A stretch of DNA of 64,000 nucleotides from Hypanus sabinus. Its lineage: Eukaryota. A model generated the notes under the pieces. The model was not told the DNA's origin and did no database searches. It saw only the letters and a program-made list of their open reading frames with translations. How positions within the stretch are numbered: position 1 is the stretch's first letter; each line of letters opens with the position of its first letter. The translations under genes were made by a program, and so were the position numbers. Positions 1 through 11,597 of this stretch are shown in pieces. The DNA lies in assembly GCF_030144855.1 (NCBI RefSeq), contig NC_082717.1, forward strand, positions 3,968,001-4,032,000, in the 5' to 3' direction.

Positions 1-115
1 GGATAATCGGTGACTGAGCTGTGACTATACAATTCTGTCGATAGAGACACAAGGAATTCTACAGATGCTCCAAAAACAGAGCAATATGCACCAACCTTTG
101 CTGTCCTGACTAATC

Positions 116-1345
116 AAGAACCCATCAACCTTCACTTTAAAAATACTCAATGACTCGTCCTCCATAGTAGTGAAAATGAATTCCACAAATTCACTACCCT
201 CTGTCTAAACTCCTCATCTCTGTTCTAAATGGGCACCCCCCTACTCTGAGGCTGTGCCCTCTGGTCCAGGACTTGCAAGAGCAGCGCAGTGAAGAGGGCA
301 AATGGAATGCTGGCCTTTATTACAAAGGGAATTGAGTACACGAGCAAGGAAATCCTTTTGCATTTGTACAGGGCCCTGGTGAGACCACACCTGGAGTATT
401 GTGTACAGTTTTGGTCTCCAGGGTTAAGGAAGGACATCCTGGCTGTAGAGGAAGTGCAGCGTAGATTCACGAGGTTAATTCCTGGGATGTCTGGACTGTC
501 TTATGCAGAGAGGTTAGAGAGACTGGGCTTGTACACGCTGGAATTAAGGAGATTGAGAGGGGATCTGATTGCAACATATAAGATTATTAAGGGATTGGAC
601 AAGATAGAGGCAGGAAATATGTTCCAGATGCTGGGAGAGTCCAGTACCAGAGGGCATGGTTTGAGAAAAAGGGGTAGGTCATCTAGGACAGAGTTAAGGA
701 AAAACTTCTTCTCCCAGAGAGTTGTGGGGGTGTGGAATGCATTGCCTCAGAAGGCAGTGGAAGCCAATTCTCTGGATGCTTTCAAGAAGGAGCTGGATAG
801 GTATCTTATGGATAGGGGAATCAAGGGATATGGGGACAAGGCAGGAACCAGGTATTGATAGTAGATGATCAGCCATGATCTCAGAATGGAGGTGCAGGCT
901 CAAAGGGCTGAATGGTCTACTTCTGCACCTATTGTCTATTGCCCACTATAGGAAACATCCTCTCTGCATCCACAATATCTGGGTCTTTCAATAGTTGATA
1001 GTTTTCATTGAGATCACCCTTCATTCTTCTAAATTCCAGTAAGTACAGGCCCAGGGCCATCAAATGCTCCTTGTACATTAATCTTTTCATTGCTGGAAAC
1101 ATTCTTGTAAACATCCTCTGGATTCTCTTCAATTACAGCAGATCTTTTCTTAGATAATGGGCCAACATCTCCTCATTGTTTTAATCATGCCTGTAGTCCA
1201 GTCGATGTCCGGTTTTATTCAGATGGTATCTGCTGTTCCTCTGGGTGCTTTTGTCTTTCAGCACCTGTGTCCGTGCAATGGTTGTCCCTCACCTTGCATT
1301 CGTCTATTCACAGACACGGACATCACTGGCAATACCAGTATTTAG
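116..1345. repeat. Segmental duplicate block B, copy 1 (matches 7598-8839)
   Basis: Same mosaic of CR1 pieces plus unique sequence; e.g. ORFs 225..470 and 7707..7952 are identical and 1157..1345 matches 8639..8839. Confidence 0.95.
270..925 (+). mobile_element. CR1 LINE 3' fragment (RT C-terminus and 3' UTR)
   Basis: ORF 289..858 contains LYRALVRPHLEYCVQFWSP...RRLRGDLI...NFFSQRVVGVWNALP, typical of CR1 ORF2. Confidence 0.95.
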
Positions 1346-1849
1346 CACAATACTCCAAGAGGGGTCTGATCAGTGTCCTATATAGCTGCAACATTACCTC
1401 TCGGCTCCTAAATTCAATTCCACGATTGATGAAGGCCAATACACCGTACGCCTTCTTAACCACAGATTCAATGGAGTCTAAGATGGAAAATTCTACTGGT
1501 GAACCCTTTTATTTTTTCCCTTTGTTCTCTTTCTTCTTTAATAACTGGTTAAGCTAACCTTCATAGATACACCTATTTGTATAATTGCATGCAGTGTACA
1601 ATCTCTTATTCATTGCTGATGGATAGGGCAGTATTTGCACAGTATTCACTCAGATCAGAGTTCGAGCCATTGAAACATCCCAACTTTCTGGTTTGGGGGG
1701 ACCCACCGATCTCAGACGTACCAAGTTCCAGAAAGGTTCGCTGATTTCAGTGGCTGTTAGCAAGGGGCTAACGAGTTGTGTTTCCAGAGATGCTGGGTAA
1801 AAAGGGTTTCAGAGAGAAAAAGAAAACTGTGAATTACAGTAAGTATATA

Positions 1850-2290
1850 TTTGTTAAATAGTTAAATAAAATAAGTAGTGCAAAAATATGAAATTAAAAA
1901 AGAAAGTGATGAGGTATTGTTCATGGGTTCAATATCCATTCAGAAATCAGATGGCAGAGGGGAAGAAGCTGTTGTTGAATCATTGAGTGTGTGCCTTCAG
2001 GCTTCTGTACCTCCTTCCTGATGGTAACAATGAGAAGAGAGCATGTCCTGGGTGATGGGGGTCCTTGATGATGGATGCCACCTTTCTGAGGCATCACTCC
2101 TCGAAGATGTCCTGAATACTATGGTGGCTCAAGCCCTTGATGATCTAGAGTTTACAACTGGATGCAGATTTCTTCGATCCTGTGCAGTAGCCACCCCCAT
2201 ACTAGGCAGTGATACAACCAGTTAGAATGCTCTCCATAGTGCATCAGTAGAAATTTGCAAGTGTTTTTGGTGAGAAATCAAATCTCCTCA
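1850..2290 (-). mobile_element. Rex1/Babar-like LINE 3' fragment
   Basis: Reverse complement contains the aaaggtggcatccatcatcaaggacccccatcacccaggacatgctctctt...aggaaggaggtacagaagcct tail motif typical of this clade. Confidence 0.7.
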
Positions 2291-2299
2291 ATCTCCTTT

Positions 2300-3720
2300 T
2301 CATTTGGAAACCCATGGCCTGACTAGGGAGAGCCTGCAAGGCTTTGTGCATGCCAGTCCGTGCTTTACCAACTTTATTGTTTTTTGACCAGGTGACAAGA
2401 GAGATTGATGAGGGTAGGGCAGTGGATGTTATCTACATGGATTTTAGTAAGGCATTTGACAAAATCCCTCATGGCAGGCTATCCTGAAGATTAAGCTGCG
2501 TGGGATGAATTAGCTGTTTGGATTCAGAACTGGCTTGTGCATAGAAGAGTTGTACATAGGTAGTGGTTGAAGGGACGTATCTGAGCTGGAGGTCTGTAAT
2601 CAGTGGTGTTCCACATGAATCTGTGCTGAGACCTCTGCTCTTTCTGATGTATAGAAATAACCTGGATGAAAACGTAACACATGCAGAATGCTAGAGGAAC
2701 TCAGCAGCCCAGGCAGCATCTTAGAAAGGAGTAAACAGTCAATGTTTTGTGCCGAGACCCTTCAGCAGGATTGGAAAAAGAGATGAGAAGTCAGGCTTGC
2801 TGAGCTCTTCCAGCATTTTGTGTGTGTTGCTCAGATTTCCAGCATCTGCAGATTTTCTCTTGTTTGTGAAAATATAGATGAGTGGGTTAGTGAATTTGTG
2901 GATAATACCAAGACTGGAGAGGTAATGGATAGTGTAGAAGAATGGCAAAGAATACAACATGATATAGACCAGTTGCAAATATGGGCTGAGAATTGGCAAA
3001 TGGATTGGGCTCAGGTGAATGTGAGGTGCTGCACCTTGGCAGGCCAAATGCAACGAGACAGTACGCTATCATGGGCAAGACTCCTAACAGTGTTGCTGAG
3101 CAGAGAGATCTTGGGATCAAATTTCACAGTTTCTTGAATGCAGCTGCACAGTCGATAGGGCGGTTAAGAAGGCTTATGGAATGCTTGCTTTTATCAGTCG
3201 AGGCTTAGCGTTCAAAAGGCAGCAGGTTATGTTGCAACTTTTTAAAACTCTGGTTAGGCCCCACCTGGAGAACTGTGTACAGTTCTGGTCATCCCATGAT
3301 AAGAAGGATGTTGAGGCTTTGGAGAGGAAGCAGAAGATGTTCATCAGGATGCTGCCTGCTTTAGAGGGCACGTGACTGGATAAACTTGGGTTGTTGTCCA
3401 TGGAGCTTCGGAGGCTGAGGGGAGATCTGATAGAGATTTACAAGGCATGAATAGGATGTACAGACAATAGCTAGTTTCCAGGGCAGAAATATGAACGACT
3501 TTATCTCTTACATCCTTCACATTCATGAAGAGTAAAAATCTTTACATTACTAATACCAGAGGGCATGCATTGAAGGTGGGGGGAGGGTAGGTTCAAGGGG
3601 GATGTGAGGGGTAAGTTTTTTACTCAGAGTGATGGATGCCTGCAATGCACTGCCTTGTATGGTGGTAGAGGTAAATTCAGAGGCTCTAATGCAACGTTTT
3701 GGATAGGCACATGGATGTAA
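2300..3720 (+). mobile_element. Degenerate CR1 RT fragment with an inserted Penelope-derived hairpin (~2677-2870)
   Basis: YMDFSKAFDK, VRPHLENCVQFWS motifs with stops and frameshifts. Confidence 0.85.
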
Positions 3721-3759
3721 GGTAGATGGAAGGATATGAACATGGTGTAGGTAGGAGGG

Positions 3760-4500
3760 ATTGGGGTTTGGGTGTTTCTGATTTGCTTTTTAGCTGGTGG
3801 TCCACATCCCGGCTACTGTTTGGAGGCCTGTATATAACTTCCATCGGGGTTCTTTTACCCTTGCAGTTTCTTAACCCAACCCAGAAGGATTCAACATCTT
3901 CTGATCCCATGTCACATCTTTACCAGCAGAGCCATGCCCCCCTTCCTATCTCTTCAAAACAACGTGTAACCTTGGATATTAAGCTCCCAGCTACAACCAT
4001 CCTTCAGCCACGATTCAGTGATGTCCACAACATCATACCTGGCAACCTGAAATAGTGCAACAAGATCATCCACCTTATTTCTTATACTCTGTTATTGAGA
4101 TATAACTCGTTGAGTAGTGTATTTTCTGCCCTTTTTCATTCTGCGTCCTTAATGCACTGATACCCACCCTGCTGGGTGCAATTATGTCCCATTACCTGCC
4201 TCCCCTTCCTGACAGTCTGACTGCTGGCTATCTTTGCTTTTTTACCATCCGTCCTGTCCTGAGTCCCTTCACTCCAGTTCCCAACCCCTGCCAAATTAGT
4301 TTAAACCCTCCCCAACATCTCTAACAAACCTGCCCACGAGAATATTGGTTTCCCTCAGTCAGGTGCAACCCAACCCTTTGTAGGTCTCACCTCCCCCAGA
4401 AGAGATCCCAATGATCCAAGAACCTGAAGCCCTGCCCCCTGCACCAGCTTCTCAGCCATGTGCTTATCTGGCAAATCATCCTGTTCCTACCCTCACTGGT
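3760..4500 (-). mobile_element. CR1 5' fragments (ORF1 esterase / endonuclease region)
   Basis: ORF 3686..3910 contains VIYRPPNSSRD (APE endonuclease region); the adjacent sequence matches the CR1 ORF1 region seen at 17230-17860. Confidence 0.7.
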
Positions 4501-5784
4501 ACGACACTGGCAGCAATGCAGAAATTACTTCCCTCCTTCTTCCCTTTCTCCTATGATCCACTCACCTCGTCTATCAGATACCTTCTTCTTCAGCCCTTTA
4601 CCTTTCCCACCCACCTGACCTCCTATCACCTTCCAGCTCTCCTCCTTCTCCGCCCCCAACCTTTTCAGTCCTGAAGAAGGGTCTCGAGCCGAAATCTTAA
4701 CTGTGTATTCATTTCCACAGTTACTACCTGACCTGCTGATTTCCTCCAGCTTTTTGTGTGTGTTGTTCAGTTAAAGGTGTCTGTGGATGGACCCACCAGC
4801 TAATCTAAGTACATGACCTGGCCAGTCGCTTTCCATGGGTTCACTCCTGTGAGGGCTGATCTCATGTCTGTGATGGTGACGGGTACTTTGGAGGCTGTTG
4901 GGCAGGTGGTGCCATTTCATTTCTGTTCCATTGAAAATGTGTGTAGACTGCATTGAGCTCATTGTGGGGGGATGCTTTGTTGCCAGGAATGTTGTCTGAT
5001 TTAGCTTTGTCACTGGTTACAGCATAGAGGTTCAAGTTTATTGTCATCTGACCATATGTATTCAATCCATAAGATATCAGAGTGGAATTCGGCCATTCGG
5101 CCCATTGAGTCTGCTCTGTCATTTCATCATGGTTGATCCATTTTCCTTCTGAGCCCCAGTCACCTGCTTTCCCCCAATATTCCTTTATGCCCAAGAATCT
5201 ATCAACTTCTGCCTTAAATGTACCAAAATACTTGGCCTCCACAGCTGCCTGTGGCAACAAATTCCACAGATTCACCTCTCTGTGCCTAAAGCAATTCCTC
5301 CTCATCGCCGTTCTAAAAGGATCTCTTTATTATGAGGCTGTGTCCGCTGGTTTTAGACTCCCCACCATAGGATGCACCCCAGCGTCAACAGAACTGAGTC
5401 TGGATGCAGGGTTTCAACCTGAAGTGTAGACAATTTCCCCACGCGTGCTGCTTGATCACTGCGTTCCTCCAGAAAATGGTTTTGTCACTGCAGATTACCA
5501 GCACCTGCAGTCTGTCCTTCCTTAATGAAACCTATCGACTATTGAAAGGCCTAGATAGGGTGGATCAGGAGGTGAGTGGGGGGGTGGGAACGAGGAGGAT
5601 GTCTCCTATAGTAGGGAAGTCTCGGGCCAAAGGGCAGATCTTCAGAATAGATGGATGTCCTTTTGGAACAGCTGAAGAGCTAATTCTTTACCTAGTGGGC
5701 GGTGAATCTGTTGAATTCATTGCCACAGACAGCTGTCGATGTTGAGAAGTTATTGATTATTCAGGGTGTCAAAGATTACAGCAA

Positions 5785-7590
5785 GGCAGGAAATTGGATT
5801 TGAGATGGATAATAATCAGCCATGATGGAATGACGAAGTAGACTCAATGGGCTGAATGGCCTCATTCTGCTCCTATGTTTTATGGTCTCATGGAGCTCCT
5901 CCAGCAGATTGTTTGTCGATAAAAATACAGGCATTTGCTGATCCAATGACAGTCGGGTCAGCAGTTCCCGATAAATCCATAAAATACTTGCTAACTGTTG
6001 AGAGATTTAGGCAGCTCCAATTTATCAGCTCACATTTACTAATGAGTAACAGGAAAAGATTTCATCCAAGTAATGTTAGAGTTCTAGAAGATTATAAAGC
6101 TACCAGGAAGAAGGAAATTTGGAGAGCCAGAAGGGGCCATGAGAATGCCTTGGCAGGCAGGATTAAGGAAAACCCCAAGGCATTCTACAGGTATGTGAAG
6201 AGCAAAAGGATAGGACCTATCAAGTGTGACAGTTGGAAAGTGTGTATGGAACCAGAGGAAATAGCAGAGGTACTTAATGAATACTTTACTTCAGTATTCA
6301 CTATGGAAAAGGATCTTGGTGACTGCAGTGATGACTTGCAGCAGACTGAAAAGCTTGAGCATGTAGATATTAAGAAAGAGGATATGCTGGAGCTTTTGGA
6401 AAGAATCAAGTTGGATAAGTTGCCAGGAACAGATGAGATGTACCCCAGGCTACTGTGGGAGGCGAGGGAGGAGATTGCTAAGCCGCTGGAGATGATCTTT
6501 GCATCATCAATGGGGATGGGAGAGGTTCCAGAGGATTGGAGGGTTACAGATGTTGTTCTCTTATTCAAGAAAGGGAGTAGAGATAACCCAGGAAATTATA
6601 GACCAGTGAGTCTTACTTCAGTGATTGGTAAGTTAATGGAGAAGATCCTGAGAGGCAGGATTCATGAACATTTGGAGAGATATAATATGATTAGGAATAG
6701 TCAGCGTGGCTTTGTCAAGGGCAGGTCATACTTTACGAGCCTGTTTGAATTTTTTGAGGATGTGACTAAACAGATTGATGAAGGAAGAGCAGTAGATGTA
6801 GTGTATATGGCTTTCTGCAAGGCATTTGATAAGGTACCCCATACAAGGGTTATTGAGAAAGTAAGGAGGCATGGGATCCAAGGGGACATTGCTTTGTGGA
6901 TCCAGAACTAGCTTGCCCACAGAAGGCAAAGAGTGGTTGCAGACGGGTCATATTCTGCATGGAGGTCAGTCACCAGTGGAGTGCCTCAGGGATCTGTTCT
7001 GGGACCCTTACTCTTTGTGATTTTTATAAATGACCTGGATGAAGAATTGGAGGGATGGGTTAGTAAGTTTGTTGATGACACAAAGGTTGGTGGTGTTGAG
7101 GGCCGTCAGTAGTTACAGCGGAACATTGATAGGATGGAAAACTTGGTTGAGAAGTGGAATATGGAGTTCAACCCAGATAATTGTGGTGGTTCATTTTGGT
7201 AGGTCAAATATGATGGCAGAATATGGTATTAATGGTAAGACTCTTAGCAGTGTGGAGGATCAGAGGGATCTTGGAGTCCGAGTCCATAGGACGCTCAAAG
7301 CTGCTGCGCAGGTTGACTCTGTGGTTAAGAAGGCGTATGGTGTGTTGGCCTTCATCAATCATGGAATTGAATTTAGGAGCTGAGAGGTAATGTTGCAGAT
7401 ATATAGGACATTGGTCAGACCCCACTTGGAGTACTGTGCTCAATTCTGGTCGCTTCACTGCAGGAAGGATGTGGAAACCACAGAAAGGATGCAGAGGAGA
7501 TTTACAAGGATGTTGCCTGGATTGGGGAGCATGCCTTATGCAAACAGGTTGAGTGAACTTGGCCTTTTCTCCTTGGAGCGACAGAGGATG
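5785..7590. repeat. Segmental duplicate block A, copy 1 (matches ~20228-22080)
   Basis: Shared CR1 3' tail, unique spacer and CR1 RT fragment with the same junctions; ORF 5856..6911 matches 20304..21137. Confidence 0.93.
6090..7590 (+). mobile_element. CR1 LINE ORF2 fragment (RT)
   Basis: [35 protein letters not shown] and GSVLGP motifs. Confidence 0.95.
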
Positions 7591-7597
7591 AGAGGAC

Positions 7598-8839
7598 AAG
7601 AACCCATCAACCTTCACTTTAAAAATACTCAATGACTTGGCCTCCACAGTAGTGAAAATGAATTTCACAGATTCACTACCCTCTGTCTAAACTCCTCTTC
7701 TCTGTTCTAAATGGGCACCCCCCTACTCTGAGGCTGTGCCCTCTGGTCCAGGACTTGCAAGAGCAGTGCAGTGAAGAGGGCAAATGGAATGCTGGCCTTT
7801 ATTACAAAGGGAATTGAGTACACGAGCAAGGAAATCCTTTTGCATTTGTACAGGGCCCTGGTGAGACCACACCTGGAGTATTGTGTACAGTTTTGGTCTC
7901 CAGGGTTAAGGAAGGACATCCTGGCTGTAGAGGAAGTGCAGCGTAGATTCACGAGGTTAATTCCTGGGATGTCTGGACTGTCTTATGCAGAGAAGTCAGA
8001 GAGACTGGGCTTGTACACGCTGGAATTAAGGTGATTGAGAGGGGATCTGATTGCAACATATAAGATTATTAAGGGATTGGACAAGATAGAGGCAGGAAAT
8101 ATGTTCCAGATGCTGGGAGAGTCCAGTACCAGAGGGCATGGTTTGAGAATAAGGGGTAGGTCATTTAGGACAGAGTTAAAGAAAAACTTCTTCTCCCAGA
8201 GAGTTGTGGGGGTCTGGAATGCACTGCCTCGGAAGGCAGTGGAGGCCAATTCTCTGGATGCTTTCAAGAAGGAGCTAGATAGGTATCTTATGGATAGGGG
8301 AATCAAGGGATATGGGGACAAGGTAGGAACCGGGTATTGATAGTAGATGATCAGCCATGATCTCAGAATGATGATGCAGGCTCGAAGGGCCAAATGGTCT
8401 ACTTCTGCACCTATTGTCTATTGCCCACTATAGGAAACATCCTCTCCGCATCCACAATATCTGGGTCTTTCAAAAGTTGATAGTTTTCATCGAGATCACC
8501 CTTCATTCTTCTAAATTCCACTGAGTACAGGCCCAGGGCCATCAAATGCTCCTTGTACATTAATCTTTTCATTGCTGGAATCATTCTTGTAAACATTCTC
8601 TGGATTCTCTTCAATTACAGCAGATCTTTTCTTAGAAAATGGGCCAACACCTCCTCATTATTATCCTCATTGTTTTAATCATGCCTGCAGTCCAGTCGAT
8701 GTCCGGTTTTATTCAGATGGTATCTGCTGTTCCTCTGGGTGCTTTTGTCTGTCAGCACCTGTGTCCGTGCAATGGTTGTCCCTCACCTTGCATTCGTCTA
8801 TTCACAGACACGGACATCTCTGGCAATACCAGTATTTAG
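7598..8839. repeat. Segmental duplicate block B, copy 2
   Basis: Starts aagaacccatcaaccttcactt as at ~116 and ends aataccagtatttagc as at ~1345. Confidence 0.95.
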
Positions 8840-9054
8840 CCTCTTTCCCTGATTACCCCTGAACTCAGGAGCCAGCAAAGAGTTATCAACATTGTTCAGT
8901 AAAAAAAATCAGTTTGTTCCACTCTTTATTCTGCAGCAGAAACTGATAATAACCAGGCATTTCTATAAAACTAAAAACATGGTGTTATCGTTATTTGTAC
9001 AGAGATGTTGATACAGAGACGTGACTAGAAATACAAGCAACATGAAGTACTCAC

Positions 9055-9417
9055 TGGTCACATTCAGCTGGGTTCCATTTCCAAAGATCGAGCCCCAAAT
9101 GCCACAGATGTAAAGTTTAGAGTCGGTGATCCTCACGTTGCTGATGGTCAGTGAGTAGCTGTTAGTGGTGACATTCCTGGAAAGCTGAAATCGATCAGAG
9201 AAGCCCTGTGACCTGTAAACTTGGACATTACTGTAAAGAATAAGGACGATTCCTTTATCTGTCAGTTTATTGCGAGAGTTGTACCAGTTTACATTGTATT
9301 TATCCACAGTGTAATCCACATTGTCACTCTCCAGGACACACTGTATCTGCACCGTTCCACCTTCACGCACCTTCACAACTCCTGGTGATTGGATCAGGAC
9401 TGGCCCTGCATTTACAC
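9055..9417 (-). CDS. Internal exon encoding an Ig V-set domain with germline-fused J-like segment (VJ domain)
   Basis: Acceptor ttactgcccacAG|GT GTA AAT (exon starts 9417) and donor ACC A|GTGAGT (ends 9055). 363 nt, phase 1-1, open frame: (G)VNAGPVLIQSPGVVKVREGGTVQIQCVLESDNVDYTVDKYNVNWYNSRNKLTDKGIVLILYSNVQVYRSQGFSDRFQLSRNVTTNSYSLTISNVRITDSKLYICGIWGSIFGNGTQLNVT. Has the canonical B-strand Cys, C-strand Trp, DxxxYxC and FGxGTxL motifs. Confidence 0.95.
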
Positions 9418-10484
9418 CTGTGGGCAGTAAACAGCTGAAAGTCAGGGCAGATAAAGAATCACAAAAACAATCATGATAATTTGAAATGTATGAAAAATAT
9501 TTATGAATATTTTACACATTGGATATCGATTTGCAGTCTGGTTGTTTCCATCCTGCACTCAGTCCTTTCACTTTCTTCTGAATCGACCACAATCCCAACA
9601 AGAACATCAAACAACACACACACAAAAAGCAAATAATGCAAATGGCAACAAGAATATGAAACCCCTCCACATGCAACAAAAATCACACAAATGGCAACAA
9701 GAACATCATCTCCCCGTCTCTAAGATTCTCGGACTTGAGGCCGCTCACCTCCTGGAATCTGTTCAGAGACAGCAAAGCATCTGATTGTTCAAACTGTAGA
9801 TCACTGGCTCTAACTTTAAAATTAAAATTTATTTTAAATTTTCCACATTTAAACTAGAAAAGAAGACATAAAAGAAGTGAAGGAAGCAGTTTTGTGGACT
9901 ATCTGGAAAATGTTGCCCAAGGCAGTGCAGTTCACTGGTGCCATCTTGGGTGGAAGCAGTCATATGTTGACATTATATGTCAAAGATTTGGATGATGGAA
10001 TTAATGGCTTTGTGGGCAAGTTTGCAGACAAGGTAAGTGGATGGGCAGGTAATATTGAGGAAGGAGAAAGGCCACTGCAAGACTTAAACAGATTAGGAGA
10101 ATGGGCAAAGAAATGGCAGATGGAATACAGTGTCAGCAAGTGTAGGGTCATGCACTTTGGTAGAAGAAATAAAAGCATAGACTATTCTCTAAATGGAGAG
10201 AAAGTTAAAAAAATCTGATGTCCAAAGGTACGTAGGAGTCCTTGTGTGAGATTCCCCAAAGGTTAATTTGCAGGTTGAGTCTGTGGTGTGAGTGGCAAAT
10301 GCAATGTTAGCATTCATTTCAAGAGGCTTTATAAGGCCTGAGTGAGGCCTCATTTGGAGAATTGTGAGCAGTTTTGGGTCCCTTGTTTAAAAAAGGATCA
10401 GAATCAGGTTTAATATCACTAGCATATGTTGTGAAAATTGTTACCTTTGCAGAAGCAGTAGAATGCAATACATGGGAATCGAGA

Positions 10485-11452
10485 TGTAATGCCCTGGTTC
10501 AGATCTTACTGCTAATGCTAATGTTATGAGTGGTGAATAGACCTGATGGACAATGGGGTACAGAGTTAACCATTCCCCTCCTGAGAAACACAAACTATTA
10601 CTGTTGCTATGCTGACCATGAGAAAGAGAGACGGAAAAACAAGCAAGAACATCGGCGACAGGTAAGAGAGAGGGGGAAATTGCTGATTAATCGTATTGTG
10701 ACTCCTTTTTGAAGTATTTACTGTTTCGCTGCAAGGACAATAGTTTGCTCATTAACATTCCTCAGTGGACTGAAGGAGTGGCCTTATTTGATGGACACAG
10801 TCATTCAGGAGTGATGGATAGCTGAGTCCCTGTGAGTAGGGATAAAAGACAGGTCTGGCGAGATACCCTCCAGACATGCCAGTGGACACTGACTGAGTGT
10901 TGGAACCCACAGAAAGGTGGGGGCTTCGGAGACCGAACCAGGAGATCGGTCATTATGGCTATCAGTGTTAAAGCAGGGCCGGTGGGGACCTGTGTGTGTG
11001 TCCACTCATGCCAGAGTGACGAGTCCACCACAGAAGAACGGTCTAGCTGAAGGACAGAGAGGTCATAACTGAATGACCACAACGATACTACGGATTAAGA
11101 AAGCAAAGGAAGGTTTGCCTGACTGTAGCTGTTACATCTCGCTCTCTCTCTCTCTCTCCAACGATTACAATACAACAACCATAACTACATCAGTACTCAT
11201 GAACTGAACTGAACTTTACACTTTTCTATGACAATTTATTTACCCCTAGACCGATAGAGCTTGTTTATTATTGATTATTATTATTCCTACACTTTTAGGT
11301 TTATTACTGCTAACTGATTTTACATGTATATTTGCATTATTGATATGGTTTTGCTTATTTTTATTAATAAACACCTTTAGTATAGTACCACCAGACTCTA
11401 ACGAATTTTTCTTTCTCTGCTGGTTAGACACCCAGTTACGGGGTACGTAACA
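10485..11452. mobile_element. Solo LTR (~970 bp)
   Basis: Starts TGTAAT and ends GTAACA, with an internal (CT)n tract and AATAAA near the end. No matching TSD seen. Confidence 0.6.
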
Positions 11453-11597
11453 TTAAACACAAAGTAACTGCAGATGCTGTGGTCAAATCAACACGTACAA
11501 ACAAGCTGGAGGAACTCAGCAGGTCGGGCAGCATCCATTGACTGCTCCTTTCGACAGATGCTGTCCGACCTGCTGAGTTCATCCAGCTTGTTTGTAC

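Noticed and set aside
8787-8819. 33-nt phase 1-1 mini-exon (KMSVSVNRRMQ) after the V exon, also present at ~1293-1325
   Set aside because: The donor is good (AAG|GTGAGG) but the acceptor lacks a pyrimidine tract and the peptide is uninformative; it cannot be supported without RNA data.
9431-9469. Nonamer-like ACAAAAACA near the V exon as an RSS
   Set aside because: There is no CAC heptamer at 12 or 23 nt; it is the reverse complement of the polypyrimidine tract.
9636-9643. Perfect octamer ~220 bp upstream of the V exon, as in an IgL promoter
   Set aside because: No hydrophobic ATG-initiated phase-1 exon lies between it and the acceptor, and it sits in low-complexity, repeat-like sequence.
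10445-10473. MYCILLLLQ leader-like exon on the minus strand
   Set aside because: It is only 9 codons, phase 2 (incompatible with the phase-1 V acceptor), and appears to lie within a common repeat fragment.
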